From the human T2T-CHM13v2.0 reference genome, Homo sapiens, in assembly GCF_009914755.1 (NCBI RefSeq), contig NC_060927.1: a stretch of DNA of 64,000 nt, one strand, 5' to 3'. The notes below the pieces were generated by a model. That model searched no databases and was not told the origin of the DNA. It saw only the letters and a program-made list of their open reading frames with translations. The first letter of the stretch is position 1. Every line of letters starts with the position of its first letter. The position numbers and the translations under genes are program-made. This document shows positions 14,301-28,950 of the stretch, piece by piece.

Positions 14301-17300
14301 GTACCCAAGGTATATATTCTATACTATACAAAAAATATCAAAGTACCCAAAGCATGTATTATATACTGTATATAAAACATGAAAATACATTAAATACATA
14401 TTTTATTCTGTACCTAAAATATCAAAGTACACCAGACATATATTCTATAGTGTACATAAAATCACAAAGTACACAATCTATAAATTATATACTGTACATA
14501 AAATATGAAATTACGTCAAATATATATTAGGTACATAAAATATGAAAGTACATCAAATATAGATTATATACTGTACATAAAATATCAATGTACCCCAAAT
14601 ATATATTTTATACTCTACATGAAATATCAAAGTTCACAAACCATATATTATATACTGTACATAAAATATCAAAGTACCCAAGGTATATATTCTATACTAT
14701 ACAAAAAATATCAAAGTACCCAAAGCATGTATTATATAATGTACATAAAATATGAAAGTACATCAAATATATATTTTATTCTGTACATAAAACATCAAAG
14801 TACACCAGATATATATTCTATAGTGTAGATAAAATATCAAAGTACCCAAACTATACATTATATACTGTACATAAATATGAGATTACATCAAATATATATT
14901 ATATTAGGTACATAAAATATGAAAGTACATCAGATATAGATTATATACTGTACATAAAATATCAATGTACCCCAAATATATATTTTATACTCTATATGAA
15001 ATATCAAAGTTCACAAACTATATATTATATACTGTACATAAAATATCAAAGTACCCAAGGTATATATTCTATATTGTACAAAAAATATCAAAGTACCCAA
15101 AGCATGTATTATATACTGTATATAAAATATGAAAATACATTAAATATATATTTTATTCTGTACATAAAATATCAAAGTACACCAGATATATATTCTATAG
15201 TGTACATAAAATAACAAAGTACACAAACTATAAATTATATACTGTACATAAAATATGAAATTACATCAAATATATATTAGGTACATAAAATATGAAAGTA
15301 CATCAAATATAGATTATATACTGTACATATAATATCAATGTACCCCAAATATATATTTTATACTCTACATGAAATATCAAAGTTCACAAACCATACATTA
15401 TATACTGTACATAAAATATCAAAGTACCCAAGGTATATATTCTATACTGTTCAAAAAATATCAAAGTACCCAAAGCATGTATTATATACTGTACATAAAA
15501 TATGAAAGTACATCAAATATATATTTTATTCTGTACATAAAATATCAAAGTACACCAGATATATATTCTATAGTGTACATAAAATATCAAAGTACCCAAA
15601 CTATACATTATATACTGTACATAAAATATGAAATTACATCAAATATATATTAGGTACATAAAATATGAAAGTACATCAAATATAGATTATATACTGTACA
15701 TAAAATATCAAAGTACCCCAAATATATATTATATACTGTACATGAAATATTAAAGTTCACAAACTATATATTATATACTGTACATAAAATATCAAAGTAC
15801 GCAAGGTATATATTCTATACTGTACAAAAAATATCAAAGTACACAAAGCATGTATTATATACTGTACATAAAATATGAAAGTACATCAAATGTATATTTT
15901 ATTCTGTACATAAAATATCAAAGTACACCAGATACATATTCTATAGTGTACATAAAATATCAAAGTACCCAAACTATACATTATACACTGTACATAAAAT
16001 ATGAAATTACATCAAATATATTTTATATTAGGTACATAAAATATGAAAGTACATCAAATATAGATTATAAAGTGTACATTAAATACCAAAGTACCCCAAA
16101 TATATATTTTATACTGTACATGAAATATCAAAGTTCACAAACTATATATTATATACTGTACATATAATATCAAAGTACCCAAGGTATATATTCTATACTG
16201 TACAAAAAATAACAAAGTACCAAAAGCATGTATTATATACTGTACCTAAAATATGAAAGTACATCAAATATATATTTTATTCTGTACATAAAATATCAAA
16301 GTACACCAGATATATATTCTATAGTGTACATAAAATATCAAAGTACCCAAACTATACATTATATACTGTACATAAAATATGAAATTACATCAAATATATA
16401 TTATATTACGTACATAAAATATGAAAGTACATCAAATATAGATTATATACTGTACATAAAATATCAAGGTACCCCAAATATATATTATATACTCTACATG
16501 AAATATCAAAGTTCACAAACTATATATTATATACTGTACATAAAATATCAAAGTACCCAAGGTATATATTCTATACTGTACAAAAAATATCAAAGTACCC
16601 AAAGCATGTATTATATACTGTACATAAAATATGAAAGTACATCAAATATATATTTATTCTGTACATAATATATCAAAGTACACCAGATATATATTCTATA
16701 GTGTACATAAAATAACAAAGTACAAAAACTATAAATTATATACTGTACATAAAATATGAAGTTACATCAAATATATATTAGGTACATAAAATATGAAAGT
16801 ACATCAAATATAGATTATATACTGTACATAAAATATCAATGTACCCCAAATATATATTTTATACTATACATGAAATATCAAAGTTCACAAACCATATATT
16901 GTATACTGTACATAAAATATCAAAGTACCCAAGGTATATATTCTATACTGTAGAAAAAATATCAAAGTACCCAAAGCATGAATTATATACTGTACATAAA
17001 ATATGAAAGTACATCAAATATATATCTTATTCTGTACATAAATTATCAAAGTACACCAAATATATATTCTATAGTGTACATAAAATATCAAAATACCCAA
17101 ACTATACATTATATACTGTACATAAAATATGAAATTACTTCAAATATATATTATATTAGGTACATAAAATATGAAAGTATATCAAATATTGATTATATGC
17201 TGTACAAAAAATATCAAAGTACCCCAAATATACATTATATACTGTACATGAAATATCAAAGTTCACAAATTATATATTATATACTGTACATAAAATATCA

Positions 17301-20300
17301 AAGTACCCAAGGTATATATTCTACACTGTACAAAAAATATCAAAGTACCCAAAGCATGTATTATATACTGTACATAAAATATGAAAGTACATCAAATATA
17401 TATTTTATTCTGTACAAAAAATATCAAAGTACACCAAATATATATTCTATAGTGTACATAAAATATCAAATTACCCAAACTATACATTATGTACTGTACA
17501 TAAAATATGAAATTACATCAAATATATATCATATTAGGTACATAAAATATGAAAGTACATCAAATATACATTATATACTGTACATAAAATACCAAAGTAC
17601 CCCAAATATATATTTTATACTGTACATGAAATATCAAAGTTCACAAACTATATAGTATATACTGTACATAAAATATCAAAGTACCCAAGGTATATATTCT
17701 ATACGGTACAAAAAATATCAAAGTACCCAAAGCATGTATTATATACTGTACATAAAATATGAAAGTACATCAAATATATATTTTATTCTGTACATAAGAT
17801 ATCAAAGTAAACCAAATATATATTCTATAGTGTACATAAAATATCAAAGTACCCAAACTATACATTATATACTGTACATAAAATATGAAATTACATGAAA
17901 TATATATTATATTAGGTACATAAAATATGAAAGTACATCAAATATAGATTATATACTGTACATAAAATACCAAAGTACCCCAAATATATATTTTATACTG
18001 TACATGAAATATCAAAGTTCACAAACTATATAGTATATACTGTACATAAAATATCAAAGTACCCAAGGTATATATTCTATACTGTACAAAAAATATCAAA
18101 GTATCCAAAGCATGTATTATATACTGTACATAAAATATGAAAGTACATCAAATATATATTTTATCCTGTACATAACATATCAAACTACACCAGATATATA
18201 TTCTATAGTGTACATAAAATATCAAAGTACCCAAACTATACATTATATACTGTACAGAAAATATGACATTACATCAAATATATTTTATATTAGGTACATA
18301 AAATATGAAAGTGCATCAAATATAGATTATATACTGTACATTAAATACCAAAGTACCACAAATATATATTTTATACTGTACATGAAATATCAAAGTTCAC
18401 AAACTATATATTATATACTGTACATAAATTATCAAAGTACCCAAGGTATATATTCTATACTGTACAAAAAATATCAAAGTACCCAAAGCATGTATTATAT
18501 ACTGTACATAAAATATGAAAGTACATCAAATATATATTTTATTCTGTACTTAATATATCAAAGTACACCAGATATATATTCTATAGTGTACATAAAATAA
18601 CAAAGTACACAAACTATAAATTATATACTGTACATGAAATATGAAATTACATCAAATATATATTAGGTACAGAAAATATGAAAGTACATCAAATATAGAT
18701 TATATACTGTAGATAAAATATCAATGTACCCCAAATATATATTTTATACTATACATGAAATATCAAAGTTCACAAACCATATATTGTATACTGTACATAA
18801 AATATCAAAGTAACCAAGGTATATATTCTATACTGTACAAAAAATATCAAAGTACACAGAGCATGTATTATATACTGTATATAAAATATGAAAGTATATC
18901 AAATATATATTTTATTCTGTGCATAAAATATCAAAGTACACCAGATATATATTCTATAGTGTACATAAAATATCAAAGTACCCAAACTATACGTTATATA
19001 CTGTACATAAAATATGAAATTACATCAAATATATATTAGGTACATAAAATATGAAAGTACATCAAATATAGATTATATACTGTACATAAAATATCAAAGT
19101 ACCCCAAATATATATTACATACTCTACATGAAATATCAAAGTTCACAAACTATATATTATATACTGTACACAAAATATCAAAGTACCCAAGGTATATATT
19201 CTATACTATACAAAAAATATCAAAGTACCCAAAGCATGTATTATATACTGTACATAAAATATGAAAGTAAATCAAATATATATTTATTCTGTACATAAAA
19301 TATCAAAGTACACCAGATATATATTCTGTAGTGTACATAAAATAACAAAGTACACAAACTATAAATTATATACTGTACATAAAATATGAAATTACATCAA
19401 ATATATATTAGGTACATCAAATATGAAAGTACATCAAATATAGATTATATACTGTACATAAAATATCAATGTACCCCAAATATATATTTTATACTCTACA
19501 TGAAATATCAAAGTTCACAAACCATATATTATATACTGTACATAAAATATCAAAATACCCAAGGTATATATTCTATACTGTACAAAAAATATCAAAGTAC
19601 CCAAAGCATGTATTATATACTGTACATAAAATATGAAAGTACATCAAATATATATTTTATTCTGTACATAAAATATCAAAGTACACCAGAGATATATTCT
19701 ATAGTGTACATAAAATATCAAAGTACCCAAACAATACATTATATACTGTACATAAAATATGAAATTACATCAAATATATATTATATTAGGTACCTAAAAT
19801 ATGAAAGCACATCAAATATAGATTATATACTGTACATTAAATACCAAAGTACTCCAAATATATATTTTATACTGTACATCAAATATCAAAGTTCACAAAC
19901 TATATATTATATACTGTACATAAAATATCAAAGTACCCATGATATATATTCTATACTGTACAAAAAATATCAAAGTACCCAAAGCGTGTATTATATACTG
20001 TACATAAAATATGAAAGTACATCAAATATATATTTTATTCTGTACATAAAATATCAAAGTACACCAGATATATATTCTATAGTGTACATAAAATATCAAA
20101 GTACCCAAACTATACATTATATACTGTACATAAAATATGAAATTACATCAAATATATATTATATTAGGTACATATAATATGAAAGTACATCAAATATAGA
20201 TCTTATACTGTACATAAAATATCAAAGTACCCCAAATATATATTTTATACTCTACATGAAATATCAAAGTTCACAAACTATATGTTATATACTGTACATA

Positions 20301-23300
20301 AAATATCAAAGTACCCAAGGTATATATTCTATATTGTACAAAAAATATCAAAGTACCCAAAGCATGTATTATATACTGTATATAAAATATGAAAATACAT
20401 TAAATATATATTTTATTCTGTACATAAAATATCAAAGTACACCAGATATATATTCTATAGTGTACATAAAATAACAAAGTACACAAACTATAAATTATAT
20501 ACTGTACATAAAATATGAAATTACATCAAATATATATTAGGTACATAAAATATGAAAGTACATCAAATATAGATTATATACTGTACATATAATATCAATG
20601 TACCCCAAATATATATTTTATACTCTACATGAAATATCAAAGTTCACAAACCATACATTATATACTGTACATAAAATATCAAAGTACCTAAGGTATATAT
20701 TCTATACTGTATAAAAAATATCAAAGTACCCAAAGCATGTATTATATACTGTACATAAAATATGAAAGTACTTCAAATATATATTTTATTCTGTACATAA
20801 AATATCAAAGTACACCAGATATATATTCTATAGTGTACATAAAATATCAAAGTACCCAAACTATACATTATATACTGTACATAAAATATGAAATTACATC
20901 AAATATATATTAGGTACATAAAATATGAAAGTACATCAAATATAGATTATATACTGTACATAAAATATCAAAGTACCCCAAATATATATTATATACTGTA
21001 CATGAAATATCAAAGTTCACAAACTATATATTATATACTGTACATAAAATATCAAAGTACGCAAGGTATATATTCTATACTGTACAAAAAATATCAAAGT
21101 ACCCAAAGCATGTATTATATACTGTACATAAAATATGAAAGTACATCAAATATATTTTTTATTCTGTACATAAAATATCAAAGTACACCAGATACATATT
21201 CTATAGTGTACATAAAATAACAAAGTACAAAAACTATAAATTATATACTGTACATAAAATATGAAATTACATCAAATATATATTAGGTACATAAAATATG
21301 AAAGTACATCAAATATAGATTATATACTGTACATAAAATATCAATGTACCCCAAATATATATTTTATACTGTACATGAAATATCAAAGTTCACAAACCAT
21401 ATATTATATACTGTACATAAAATATCAAAGTACCCAAGGTATATATTCTATACTATACAAAAAATATCAAAGTACCCAAAGCATGTATTATATACTGTAC
21501 ATAAAATATGAAAGTACATCAAATATATATTTTATTCTGTACATAAAACCTCAAAGTACACCAGATATATATTCTATAGTGTACATAAAATATCAAAGTA
21601 CCCAAACTATACATTATATACTGTACATAAATATGAGATTACATCAAATATATATTATATTAGGTACATAAAATATGAAAGTACATCATATATAGATTAT
21701 ATACTGTACATAAAATATCAATGTACCCCAAATATATATTTTATACTCTATATGAAATATCAAAGTTCACAAACTATATATTATATACTGTACATAAAAT
21801 ATCAAAGTACCCAAGGTATATATTCTATATTGTACAAAAAATATCAAAGTACCCAAAGCATGTATTATATACTGTATATAAAATATGAAAATACATTAAA
21901 TATATATTTTATTCTGTACATAAAATATCAAAGTACACCAGATATATATTCTATAGTGTACATAAAATAACAAAGTACACAAACTATAAATTATATACTG
22001 TACATAAAATATGAAATTACATCAAATATATATTAGGTACATAAAATATGAAAGTACATCAAATATAGATTATATACTGTACATAATATATCAAAGTACC
22101 CCAAATATATATTATATACTGTCCATGAAATATCAAAGTTCACAAACTATATATTATATACTGTACATAAAATATCAAAGTACGCAAGGTATATATTCTA
22201 TACTGTACAAAAAATATCAAAGTACCCAAAGCATGTATTATATACTGTACATAAAATATGAAAGTACATCAAATATATATTTTATTCTGTACATAAAATA
22301 TCAAAGTACACCAGATACATATTCGATAGTGTACATAAAATAACAAAGTACAAAAACTATAAATTATATACTGTACATAAAATATGAAATTACATCAAAT
22401 ATATATTAGGTACATAAAATATGAAAGTACATCAAATATAGTTTATATACTGTACATAAAATATCAATGTACCCCAAATATATATTTTATACTATACATG
22501 AAATATCAAAGTTCACAAACCATATATTGTATACTGTACATAAAATATCAAAGTACCCAAGGTATATATTCTATACTGTACAAAAAATATCAAAGTACCC
22601 AAAGCATGAATTATATACTGTACATAAAATATGAAAGTATATCAAATATATATTTTATTCTGTACATAAATTATCAAAGTACACCAAATATATATTCTAT
22701 AGTGTACATAAAATATCAAAATACCGAAACTATACATTATATACTGTACATAAAATATGAAATTACTTCAACTATATATTATATTAGGTACATAAAATAT
22801 GAAAGTATATCAAATATTGATTATATGCTGTACAAAAAATATCAAAGTACCCCAAATATACATTATATACTGTACATGAAATATCAAAGTTCACAAACTA
22901 TATATTATATACTGTACATAAAATATCAAAGTACCCAAGGTATATATTCTACACTGTACAAAAAATATCAAAGTACCCAAAGCATGTATTATATACTGTA
23001 CATAAAATATGAAAGTACATCAAATATATATTTTATTCTGTACAAAAAATATCAAAGTACACCAAATATATATTCTATAGTGTACATAAAATATCAAATT
23101 ACCCAAACTATACATTATGTACTGTACATAAAATATGAAATTACATCAAATATATATCATATTAGGTACATAAAATATGAAAGTACATCAAATATACATT
23201 ATATACTGTACATAAAATAACAAAGTACCCCAAATATATATTTTATACTGTACATGAAATATCAAAGTTCACAAACTATATAGTATATACTGTACATAAA

Positions 23301-24900
23301 ATATCAAAGTACCCAAGGTATATATTCTATACGGTACAAAAAATATCAAAGTACCCAAAGCATGTATTATATACTGTACATAAAATATGAAAGTACATCA
23401 AATATATATTTTATTCTGTACATAAGATATCAAAGTAAACCAAATATATATTCTATAGTGTACATAAAATATCAAAGTACCCAAACTATACATTATATAC
23501 TGTACATAAAATATGAAATTACATCAAATATATTTTATATTAGGTACATAAAATATGAAAGTACATCAAATATAGATTATATACTGTACATAAAATACCA
23601 AAGTACCCCAAATATATATTTTATACTGTACATGAAATATCAAAGTTCACAAACTATATAGTATATACTGTACATAAAATATGAATATACCCAAGTTATA
23701 TATTCTAAACTGTACAAAGATATCAAAGTACCCAAAGCATGTATTATATACTGCACATAAAATATGAAAGTACATCAAATATATATTTTATTCTGTACAT
23801 AAGATATCAAAGTAAACCAAATATATATTCTATAGTGTACATAAAATATCAAAGCACCCAAACTATACATTATATACTGTACATAAAATATGAAATTACA
23901 TAAAAATATATTATATTAGGTACATAAAATATGAAAGTACATCAAATATCGATTATATACTGTACATAAAATATCAAAGTACCCCAAATATATATTATAT
24001 ACTGTACATAAAATATCAAAGTTCACAAACTATATATTATATACTGTACATAAAATATCAAAGTACCCAAGGTATATATTCTATACTGTACAAAAAATAT
24101 CAAAGTACCCAAAGCATGTATTATATACTGTACATAAAATATGAAAGTACATCAAATATATATTTTATTCTGTACATAAAATATCAAAGTACACCAGATC
24201 TATATTCTATAGTGTACATAAAATATCAAAGTACCCAAACTATACATTATATACTGTACATAAAATATGAAATTACATCAAATATATATTAGGTACATAA
24301 AATATGAAAGTACATCAAATATAGATTATATACTGTACATAAAATATCAAAGTACCCCAAATATATATTATATACTCTACATGAAATATCAAAGTTCACA
24401 AACTATATATTATATACTGTACATAAAATATCAAAGTACCCAAGGTATATATTCTATACTGTACAAAAAATATCAAAGTACCCAAAGCATGTATTATATA
24501 CTGTACATAAAATATGAAAGTACATCAAATATATATTTTATTCTGTACATAAAATATCAAAGTACACCAGATATATATTCTATAGTGTACATAAAATAAC
24601 AAAGTACACAAACTATAAATTATATACTGTATATAAAATATGAAATTACATCAAATATATATTAGGTACATAAAATATGAAAGTACATCAAATATAGATT
24701 ATATACTGTACATATAATATCAATGTACCCCAAATATATATTTTATACTCTAGATGAAATATCAAAGTTCACAAACCATACATTATATACTGTACATAAA
24801 ATATCAAAGTACCCAAGGTATATATTCTATACTGTACAAAAAATATCAAAGTACCCAAAGCACGTATTATATACTGTACATAAAATATGAAAGTACATCA
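11300..24900 (+). repeat. HOR type-B domain 1 (mix of 373-bp and 378-bp HORs)
   Basis: 5-bp deletion in m2 (ATATATATTAGG versus ATATATATTATATTAGG). MKLHQIYIR ORF starts at 11340, 11713 and 12086 are spaced 373 apart. Other markers: CTCTACATG, CAATGTACCC, AAACCATA, m9 TTCTATAGTG. Confidence 0.88.
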
Positions 24901-25969
24901 AATATATATTTTATTCTGTACATAAAATATCAAAATACAACAGATATATATTCTATAGTGTACATAAAATATCAAAGTACCCAAACTATACATTATATAC
25001 TGTACACAAAATATGAAATTACATCAAATATATATTATATTAGGTACATAAAATATGAAAGTACATCTAGTATAGATTATATACTGTACATAAAATATCA
25101 AAGTACCCCAAATATATATGATATACTGTACATGAAATATCAAAGTTCGCAAACTATATATTATATACTGTAGATAAAATATCAAAGTACCCTAGGTATA
25201 TATTCTATACTTTAAAAAAAATATCAAAGTACCCAAAGCATGTATTACATACTGTACATGAAAGATGAAAGTACATCAAATATATATTTTATTCTGTACA
25301 TAAAATATCAAAGTACACCAGATATATATTTTATAGTGTACATAAAATATCAAAGTACCGAAACTATACATTATATACTGTACATAAAATATGAAATTAC
25401 ATCAAATATATATTATATTAGGTACATAAAATATGAAAGTACATCAAATATAGATTTTATACTGTACAGAAAATATCAAAGTACCCCAAATATATATTAT
25501 ATACTCTACATGAAATATCAACGTTCGCAAACTATATATTGTATACTGTAGATAAAATATCAAAGTACCCAAGGTATATATTCTGTACTGTACAAAAAAT
25601 ATCAAAGTACCCAAAGCATGTATTACAAACTGTACATAAAATATGAAAGTACATCAAATATATATTTTACTCTGTACATAAAATATCAAAGTACACCAGA
25701 TATATATTCTATAGTGTACATAAAATATCAAAGTACCCAAACTATACATTATATACTGTACATAAAATATGAAATTACATCAAATATATATTATATTAGG
25801 TACATAAAATATGAAAGTACATCAAATATAGATTATATACTGTACATAATATATCAAAGTACCCCAAATATATATGATATACTGTACATGAAATATCAAA
25901 GTTCACAAACTATATATTATATACTGTACATAAAATATCAAAGTACCCAAGGTATATATTCTATACTGT

Positions 25970-28950
25970 AAAAAAAATATCAAAGTACCCAAAGCATGTA
26001 TTATATACTGTACATAAAATATGAAAGCACATCAAATATATATTATATTAGGTACATAAAATATGAAAGTACATAAAATATAGATGATATACTGTACATA
26101 AAATATCAAAGTAGCCCAAATATATATTATACAGTGTACATAAAATATCAAAATTTACAAAATATATATTATATAATGTACATAAAATATCAAACTACCC
26201 AAAGCAAGTATTATATACTGTACATAAAAGATGAAAGTACATCAAATATATATTTTATTCTGTACATAAAATATCAAAGTACACCAGATATATATTTTAT
26301 AGTGTACATAAAATATCAAGGTACCCAAACTATACATTATATACTGTAGATAAAATATGGAATTACATCAAATATATATTATATTAAGTACGTAAAATAT
26401 GTAAGTACATCAAATATAGATTATATACCATACATAAAATATAAAGGAACCCCAAATATATATGATATACTGTACATGAAATATCAAAGTTCACAAACTA
26501 TATATTATATACTGTAGATAAAATATCAAAGTACCCAAGGTATATATTCTATACTGTAAAAAAAATATCAAAGTACCCAAAGCATGTATTATATACTGTA
26601 CATAAAATATGAAAGCACATCAAATATATATTATATTAGGTACATAAAATATGAAAGTACATAAAATATAGATGATATACTGTACATAAAATATCAAAGT
26701 AGCCCAAATATATATTATACAGTGTACATGAAATATCAAAATTTACAAAATATATATTATATAATGTACATAAAATATCAAAGTACCCAAAGCAAGTATT
26801 ATATACTGTACATAAAAGATGAAAGTACATCAAATATATATTTTATTCTGTACATAAAACATCAAAGTACACCAGATATATATTTTATAGTGTACATAAA
26901 ATATCAAGGTACCCAAACTATACATTATATACTGTACATAAAATATGAAATTACATCAAATATATATTATATTAGGTACGTAAAATATGAAAGTACATCA
27001 AATATAGATTATATACTGTACATAATATATAAAAGAACCCCAACTATATATTATATACTGTACATGAAATATCAAAATACACAAACTATATACTATATAC
27101 TGTACATAAAATAACAAAGTACCCAAGGTATATATTCTATACTGTACAAAAAATATCAAAGTACCCAAAGCATGTATTATATACTGTACATAAAATATGA
27201 AAGTACATCAAATATATATTATATTAGGTACGTAAAATATGAAAGTACATCAAATATAGATTATGTACCATACATAAAATATAAAGGAACCCCAAATATA
27301 TATGATATACTGTACATGAAATATCAAAGTTCACAAACTATATATTATATACTGTAGATAAAATATCAAAGTACCCAAGGTATATATTCTATACTGTACA
27401 AAAAATATCAAAGTACCCAAAGCATGTATTATATACTGTACATAAAATATGAAAGTACATCAAATATATATTATATTAGGTACGTAAAATATGAAAGTAC
27501 ATCAAATATAGATTATGTACCATACATAAAATATAAAGGAACCCCAAATATATATGATATACTGTACATGAAATATCAAAGTTCACAAACTATATATTAT
27601 ATACTGTAGATAAAATATCAAAGTACCCAAGGTATATATTCTATACTGTACAAAAAATATCAAAGTACCCAAAGCATGTATTATATACTGTACATAAAAT
27701 ATGAAAGTACATCAAATATATATTTTATTCTGTACATAAAATAACAAAGTACACCAGATATATATTTTATAGTGTACATAAAATATCAAAGTACCCAAAC
27801 TATACATTACATACTGTACATAAAATATGGAATTACATCAAATATATATTATATTAGGTACGTAAAATATGAAAGTACATCAAATATAGATTATATACCA
27901 TACATAAAATATAAAGGATCCCAAAATATATATGATATTCTGTACATGAAATATCAAAGTTCACAAACTATATATTATATACTGTAGATAAAATATCAAA
28001 GTACCCAAGGTATATATTCTATACTGTAAAAAAAATATCAAAGTACCCAAAGCATGTATTATATACTGTACATAAAATATGAAAGCACATCAAATATATA
28101 TTATATTAGGTACATAAAATATGAAAGTACATAAAATATAGATGATATACTGTACATAAAATATCAAAGTAGCCCAAATATATATTATACAGTGTACATA
28201 AAATATCAAAATTTACAAAATATATATTATATAATGTACATAAAATATCAAAGTACCCAAAGCAAGTATTATATACTGTACATAAAAGATGAAAGTACAT
28301 CAAATATATATTTTATTCTGTACATAAAATATCAAAGTACACCAGATATATATTTTATAGTGTACATAAAATATCAAGGTACCCAAACTATACATTATAT
28401 ACTGTAGATAAAATATGGAATTACATCAAATATATATTATATTAGGTACGTAAAATATGTAAGTACATCAAATATAGATTATATACCATACATAAAATAT
28501 AAAGGAACCCCAAATATATATGATATACTGTACATGAAATATCAAAGTTCACAAACTATATATTATATACTGTAGATAAAATATCAAAGTACCCAAGGTA
28601 TATATTCTATACTGTACAAAAAATATCAAAGTACCCAAAGCATGTATTATATACTGTACATAAAATATGAAAGTACATCAAATATATATTTTATTCTGTA
28701 CATAAAATAACAAAGTACACCAGATATATATTTTATAGTGTACATAAAATATGAAATTACCCAAACTATACATTGCATACTGTACATAAAATATGGAATT
28801 ACATCAAATATATATTATATTAGGTACGTAAAATATGAAAGTACATCAAATATAGATTATATACCATACATAAAATATAAAGGAACCCCAAATATATATG
28901 ATATACTGTACATGAAATATCAAAGTTCACAAACTATATATTATATACTG
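25970..28950 (+). repeat. HOR type-A domain 2, including 588-bp 14-mers and a 252-bp tandem duplication
   Basis: Type-A markers present. ORF offsets are 26134->26722 = 588 and 27172->27424 = 252. Confidence 0.85.
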
